A stretch of DNA of 64,000 nucleotides from Phoronis australis. Its lineage: Eukaryota > Animalia > Phoronida. Position numbers and translations under genes: made by a program. This document shows, one piece after another, positions 59,701 through 64,000 of this stretch (the first letter of the stretch is position 1; the number at the start of each line of letters is the position of its first letter). The DNA lies in NCBI GenBank assembly GCA_002633005.1, contig NMRA01000440.1, positions 95,786-159,785 on the forward strand, given 5' to 3'. The notes beneath the pieces are model-generated. The model was not told the DNA's origin. It searched no databases and was given only the letters and a program-made list of their open reading frames with translations.

Positions 59701-62246
59701 CTATGCATCTTTTTAATTCAACAAAGCTACTTACCATTAAAAGTGTGGGCTGGGAAAAACAGTTGAATTTCATTGACGTCTCTTCCATACACAAACTTCA
59801 TATCGTAATCTCTGTTGGTGGGGTAAGAGTTGTACCTAAATGAATATCCAAAGTTTCAGCTGCACGGCAAGACACGTCATTCGCAACAAGCAAAATCTCA
59901 AAATCCGATTATCTACCTACGGTAATAACTAAAATGGCAACAAGGTGATGAAATATTCTTACCTATGATTGGGAGTGAAAGCCCATCATGGAACACCCCT
60001 GAAACTTTGCTCATCTGCAGCAATATGAGACTGAGCTAAAGATTAAGAGGTGGCCGCAACAGACTGCCAGGTGTCAAGTCAAGTCCACAGGTTCCCACAA
60101 TTAATGATGTATGGTTGACCATCTCAGCCATCACATATCAGACGCATATGGTTGACAATCTCAATCACTAACACACCTGAAACTTTGCTCACCTTGTCAG
60201 AAGCAGGCTTGAGTCAAAGTGTCAAGTGTCCAAGTAACGAGGGGAATACAATGTGCAAAGTGTCTAAGTAACGAGGAGAATGCAAAGTTCAAAGACAGCT
60301 ACATATTTATATGTTTACACGTCACTCTTACAACAGTTTTTAAGAGCTTACCTAATGAGTAATGCCACTTTGAACAGCCTGCCTTGGTTAAATTGTTGAA
60401 GGTTGAGCATCATGTGAAGAGACTGTCCAAGTTGCTGCTCCGAAACATTGAACTGATGCATGTTCATCTTGTGTTTGAACAAAGTGAAGTTAGAAGACAC
60501 AATCTCCTGAAATAATGAACTATCAATCAAAGCTGCTCCGTTAACACTTGGGCAAAGATGGAAGAAAACATCTATATTATTTATAGGTGTCATCCAAACT
60601 CAAAGGCCTCATAATAGCCACAAATTCTAGTTGGCACTTAATACAGATCAATGTTTATTCAATAGCTGAACCTCAGTTTATCTGACCTGATGGTTAAGGA
60701 ATCACACATTTGGAAATGTACCATCCCACAGTGCTACCACGGGGCATTCTATTACCTGTCTCGTGTGCCTGGGTAGCGTGATGCCTATGGCACTGGACCA
60801 TGGCAAGTTGAATATGGGGATCTGAAGCCCATCAGCCATGTGCACACTGAGAGCAGCCACCTTGGTTTCAATTTGATGTTTTGAACTGATAGGAATGGGC
60901 TATGATGGTAAGACATCAAATGCACTTGGTAGGAGTTGGACATGGTCCTGCCCAGACATTCTTCAGCATGCATTGTCAGGAAATCAGGTAGGCGAGCTGG
61001 CAGCAAGAAGTGGACATCGTCCAAAGTGAGGCTGGGCACATACTCTGTCTGGTAACGACTGGCCAACACAGAGATATGGTTGGTTGTACGTGTCACTGGT
61101 GCCTCGCCCACCACACGATAATGCAGCTTGGCCTGTGAATAAGCAACAAAGATACAATTATGACAAACTAAGTTCAGAAAGCAAAGAAAACAGTTCAATG
61201 TCTCCACTTGGGACTTTCACATTAAATGTGACTTTCACATTAAATGTGGAGACCAGACTCTGATCTGTGAACAGAATAGCAAAATGTGCCATTGTCAGAA
61301 AAGCATGTGTTGGCAGTGTTGAGAGAGGAGAAATTTAATAAGAAATATGCTGACATTAATTCTATCTGACAGATTGTACCACCAATCAGTGCCTATACCA
61401 CACAAGTTGATTAAACACAATATTTACTGCATTATTAACACCATGTGCCAATCTTCACTATCTATACCTCAATGTTTCTCCTTAATCAAGCCATGACACC
61501 CAATCTGTCATTAGCTGTGGGGAGCCATGCCAATTTGAGGGACCATTACCAATCTGATGACTAAGCCATAGACTATGGTAATCCTCGACTCCCCCCAAGC
61601 TAAAATAAAACTAGAGAGCTTGTAGATGGTCTCAAGTGTTTTTTATCAAGCTAGTTATAGGAGCCAGTGATTAACACTTGAACAAGATGACTGTCTCAAG
61701 GCACTACATATACATATGACAAGACAAGCTGTGTGCTGCGTGACCTCTGCCTGACACTACATACACATACAGCCAATATATTTAACGTCCACTGCCCGAA
61801 TAGTATCGTTACGATTATACCAAAATGTCAATGTCAAGGTACAAATCAGATCAGCTGATCCTGATAGTTTTGACGGATTTTACTGGTCAGTACTTTACTA
61901 GTTGGCTAGTTGACATAAATTTCATCGACCAGTAGTCAACAACTATTAATTATTCAAAACCCAAGAGAAAAGTTCAGTTTTAATGATACAACTAGAATTT
62001 TTCATTCAGCCAACCGAGTTACTAAATGCCATGCTAACTTAAGTGTTGTCAACAAAATGTGGATCCTAGAACAAGTTACTCATGAAATGCGTTGTTCCAA
62101 AGTTTAACTATAGTGGTACTAATAGCACTCTGAATACTATTGGTGTGAGGGCAACTTGACATGTGCCTGACAAATTACTCCACCTTATCAAGATAGAGCA
62201 ACATGTTCCAGGTAGCTTCAGTGCAAATCATAGTGTGGACGCAAAC
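44334..62246 (-). CDS. Polycystin-1-like (PKD1L/PKDREJ family) protein, 3' 25 exons (~1737 aa); 5' part not located
   Basis: GPS motif CVYW...W...GC...CACNHLTAFG, PLAT (TGFRKGAGTTAKV, WHNNGGSSPSWYL, CEKWF), HLWTS...FTRAERL, TOP domain WIDLKTRAVMVEFTLFN and channel TMs. All introns GT-AG with consistent phases apart from one exon that is 1 nt short (60756-61132). Confidence 0.92.
44815..45690 (-). mobile_element. Partial HINE-like element (same family as 10628-12354) in the last polycystin intron
   Basis: Reverse-complement similarity to 10730-12200, including gccactagggggcac motifs. Confidence 0.75.
45883..45978 (-). CDS. Polycystin-like exon (C-tail)
   Basis: Symmetric phase-1 exon with AG/GTATG boundaries. 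Confidence 0.6.
46443..46627 (-). CDS. Polycystin-like exon (C-tail)
   Basis: SALELEIFRQLQLHRQE, phase 2 to 1. Confidence 0.75.
47044..47192 (-). CDS. Polycystin-like exon (C-tail)
   Basis: FEKRIQQIEQNL, phase 0 to 2. Confidence 0.78.
47485..47649 (-). CDS. Polycystin-like exon (coiled-coil-like C-tail)
   Basis: MAEIEYQVDELLFKMN, GTAAG donor. Confidence 0.82.
47912..48409. mobile_element. MITE, copy 1 (TIR CAGGGCTTGGAAT, 6-bp TSD atgtaa)
   Basis: Perfect 13-bp TIRs; clearly similar to 56021-56491. Confidence 0.85.
48656..48817 (-). CDS. Polycystin-like exon (end of S6, C-tail)
   Basis: VVAILSYHY, GTGAG donor. Confidence 0.85.
49113..49334 (-). CDS. Polycystin-like exon (S5, pore, S6)
   Basis: AYSSLGVGLF...FLVTFMM. 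Confidence 0.9.
49609..49884 (-). CDS. Polycystin-like exon (S3-S4)
   Basis: YVDLSYVAFWD...FKVLQILRY. Confidence 0.92.
50281..50617 (-). CDS. Polycystin-like exon (TOP, S2)
   Basis: WIDLKTRAVMVEFTLFN...NPWNVLE. Confidence 0.94.
50909..51165 (-). CDS. Polycystin-like exon (TOP)
   Basis: IRQVRVKQESC...YEGQGYVVEL. Confidence 0.92.
51753..51975 (-). CDS. Polycystin-like exon (S1 and TOP start)
   Basis: DIFGFIVLLFLL...DWYTWSQTTMLDLLY. Confidence 0.88.
52028..52107. repeat. 13-bp minisatellite (catatgtacagta), about 6 copies
   Basis: Seen directly. Confidence 0.85.
52326..52606 (-). CDS. Polycystin-like exon
   Basis: ARPPQEKQLIKARK...KEKK, typical of the segment before the channel domain. Confidence 0.9.
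53041..53115 (+). mobile_element. Degenerate tRNA-derived SINE head
   Basis: A-box-like TAGCTCAGCGG with a decayed B box about 45 nt downstream. Confidence 0.4.
53287..53525 (-). CDS. Polycystin-like exon (TM4-5)
   Basis: LPFWFRYVAW...MYGFWF...WLQS. Confidence 0.92.
54086..54268. repeat. (GT)n microsatellite and a 21-bp AT-rich tandem repeat (atatatatattacttaatatt, about 4 copies)
   Basis: Seen directly. Confidence 0.85.
54438..54600 (-). CDS. Polycystin-like exon (Ser-rich loop)
   Basis: Phase 0 to 1, fits its neighbours. Confidence 0.8.
55014..55208 (-). CDS. Polycystin-like exon (cytoplasmic loop)
   Basis: Open phase-0 exon with AG/GT boundaries. Confidence 0.8.
55818..55937 (-). CDS. 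Polycystin-like exon (TM3)
   Basis: FGLLDLSWYAVLVG...IPLGLLLALIFRRS. Confidence 0.9.
56021..56491. mobile_element. MITE, copy 2 (TIR CAGGGCTTGGAAT, flanks atttat/atttac)
   Basis: Same TIRs and similar body to 47912-48409. Confidence 0.85.
56703..56879 (-). CDS. Polycystin-like exon (TM2)
   Basis: HLWTS...FTRAERLTVCF. Confidence 0.93.
57131..57350 (-). CDS. Polycystin-like exon (PLAT)
   Basis: SLGRVWKIQIWHNNGGSSPSWYL...CEKWFAVE. Confidence 0.95.
57562..57674 (-). CDS. Polycystin-like exon (PLAT)
   Basis: VSIVLHG...FSRNSRDVFIM. Confidence 0.92.
58361..58568 (-). CDS. Polycystin-like exon (TM1 and PLAT start)
   Basis: NPVCIALV...YEITLETGFRKGAGTTAK. Confidence 0.93.
58817..59108 (-). CDS. 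Polycystin-like exon containing the GPS motif
   Basis: ECVYWSEADRRWLGDGC...CACNHLTAFG with HL|T intact. Confidence 0.93.
59735..59835 (-). CDS. Polycystin-like exon (YNSYPTNRDYD)
   Basis: Phase 2 to phase 1 bridges the neighbouring exons; GTAAGT donor. Confidence 0.85.
60352..60506 (-). CDS. Polycystin-like exon (GAIN region)
   Basis: EIVSSNF...VALLIR, AG|GTAAG donor. Confidence 0.85.
60756..61132 (-). CDS. Polycystin-like exon (GAIN region; apparent 1-nt deletion near 60893)
   Basis: AKLHYRVVGEAPV...SPF then, in the shifted frame, ...IETKVAALSV...ITLPR; 377 nt between phase-0 sites. Confidence 0.8.
62184..62246 (-). CDS. Polycystin-like exon (VCVHTMICTEATWNMLLYLDK)
   Basis: ctgcag acceptor, AAG|GT donor, phase 0 fits the next exon. 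Confidence 0.55.
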
Positions 62247-64000
62247 CTGCAGACAAGGTAGACCCAAGAACGAGTTACCCATGGAAAAATTGTCTCAAAG
62301 TTTAGAAGCAGTAGTGATAGCAGTGTAAATACTATCTGTGCAAGAGCAACACAAACCTGCAAACAATGTGGAGTTCATTTCCGGTTGTGTGTTAGCTCAG
62401 TTATATGCATAGGGATTGTCGAATCATTTTTGCACGGTGTGTGGTGTGAACGCTCGGTTGAATGTTGCAAGTTGGACTAGAGCAAATTGTTCAAATGTGC
62501 ACCTGACTTAAAGCCTAACTTCAACGGAATTTTGTTATTTTAGATGTATTGGGCTCACCAGATAGTCCTAGCAAAGCCTTAGTAAAATAAGAAATGAGAG
62601 TTCAATCAGTCAAATGATAGCTGTCTTTTCATGCCATATTGCGTCACCTGGAGATCCCAGCACAAACAAAAGGCCGATAACAATTGTAGTGAATTGGAGT
62701 CTGATGTTAGTCACAATTGTTTGAATTAAAAGGCGATTCTTTCCGTGACTGACATAAACATAAGCAAGCCAATATGCCTAACAGTTCATTACACTTGGCA
62801 ATTTATGGCACTAGTAGACTCAGAGCGACGCTTTTAACATACTGTAGGAACCAAATTTACAGGTGTTACCAGTTCAAAATAGGCTTTAAGTAAAGCATAC
62901 ACAAGGCAGATGGTACAAACTGTCACACCTGTACATCTATCATACACAAATCAATAGCTCAGAGGACTGGCTTCCAAGTCACTGAGATGCCATCTCCAGT
63001 TAGGAGCCCACACATCAGGTCACAAGGTCAGTGACCTGGGCTGTCATGCTTAAAAATCCACTGATCTATGAAAGCACATGCAGGCCTCATCACAATATGC
63101 AATCTGATGGGCATCCTCACAAAACAAAGACTAGTAATCTGTGTCCAGCTGCAGGGTTTCATATTTAAATGTTTTTGTGGTACAAGAAGAGTAAGGCAGT
63201 AATAAAATGTCTATTTAAATAAAATATAATAAATGATGCAGTAAACTTGGCTGAACTAATCTGTAAACATTTACCAAATACAAAAATACTATTTGTCTCA
63301 GTGAGAAATGCAAAAAAACAACCTATCAGAGTCGTCAAAAGCATTTTCATTCAAAAGTTTGTTGATATTTCTAACACTGCTGCCAGTCTGACCAGTGTCA
63401 CCAGGGGCAAGGAATATTAAAAACTGCGCTAAGAAAGAACTTTTTGCGAAGTAAATTTCTTATTTACGGAATGACTGACGATTGATCTACTTGAGCAACA
63501 GCAAAACGGCCGATAATATCAAAAAAGTAGTCGTCATTTCAAACAAATTTCTAAATTTTTGACAGTCTTTCCCAATTCTGGCTGTCCCATCAAACCCGAC
63601 CAAAATAAAATTCTGTCCGTCCTAAAGACGGATACTATATTAACCCCTGTGATGAATCTGCGGTAGTCGACTGTTAACAGAATAATCCACGCGCAAGCGT
63701 GCCTCACAATGCCTGCTGTGATAAGTCTTTTCATCCACCTTGGTCATTGTTCAATATGAAAATTGCCGGCTAGCAGCTCTCGCCAGTTGACAAAAATAAA
63801 TTGGGCGTCCAAAAATTATGCTTGATGTGAAACCGAGCATCCAAAATCGGGTTGGGGCATCCTCCTAAAAGCATCCAAATTGGACACTGGACATTTGTGG
63901 ATCTGGCTGTTTAGCTTGGTTCAGCAGGCCAACCCAGCACAACTGCTTGCAGTGCACATGAACAATGCAATAATAAGACCATGATACAGTTGACCTTCAA

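Noticed and set aside
62300-64000. Further upstream polycystin exons
   Set aside because: The candidates I checked either contain in-frame stops or lack recognisable REJ/GAIN similarity; not called.

Overview
Animal (invertebrate, probably lophotrochozoan; the species cannot be fixed from sequence alone) draft genomic window with N gaps at 2368-2656, 10290, 23103 and about 40870-40897. It holds three host genes. (1) The first coding exon of a signal-peptide protein on the minus strand (662-903). (2) A complete 9-exon PNKD/glyoxalase-II-like metallo-beta-lactamase gene on the plus strand (1094-18461), head-to-head with (1) across about 200 bp. (3) The 3' 25 exons of a polycystin-1-like gene on the minus strand (44334-62246; GPS, PLAT, TOP and channel domains), with an apparent 1-nt frameshift near 60893. 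Between the convergent PNKD and polycystin 3' ends lies about 23 kb of decayed, partly nested LTR retrotransposons (Gypsy, Gmr1-type Gypsy, Copia, BEL/Pao) plus an intronless, pseudogenised zinc-finger-TatD nuclease gene. Every one of these coding remnants is on the minus strand, which suggests a unistrand (flamenco-like) piRNA cluster; this is an inference, not demonstrated. Introns carry two inverted Kolobok-type elements forming a ~2.9 kb palindrome, Helentron-associated elements with arrays of CTCF-like motifs, several MITEs, tRNA-derived SINE heads and minisatellites. Exon boundaries and alignments were read by eye, and family calls rest on recalled motifs rather than database searches.
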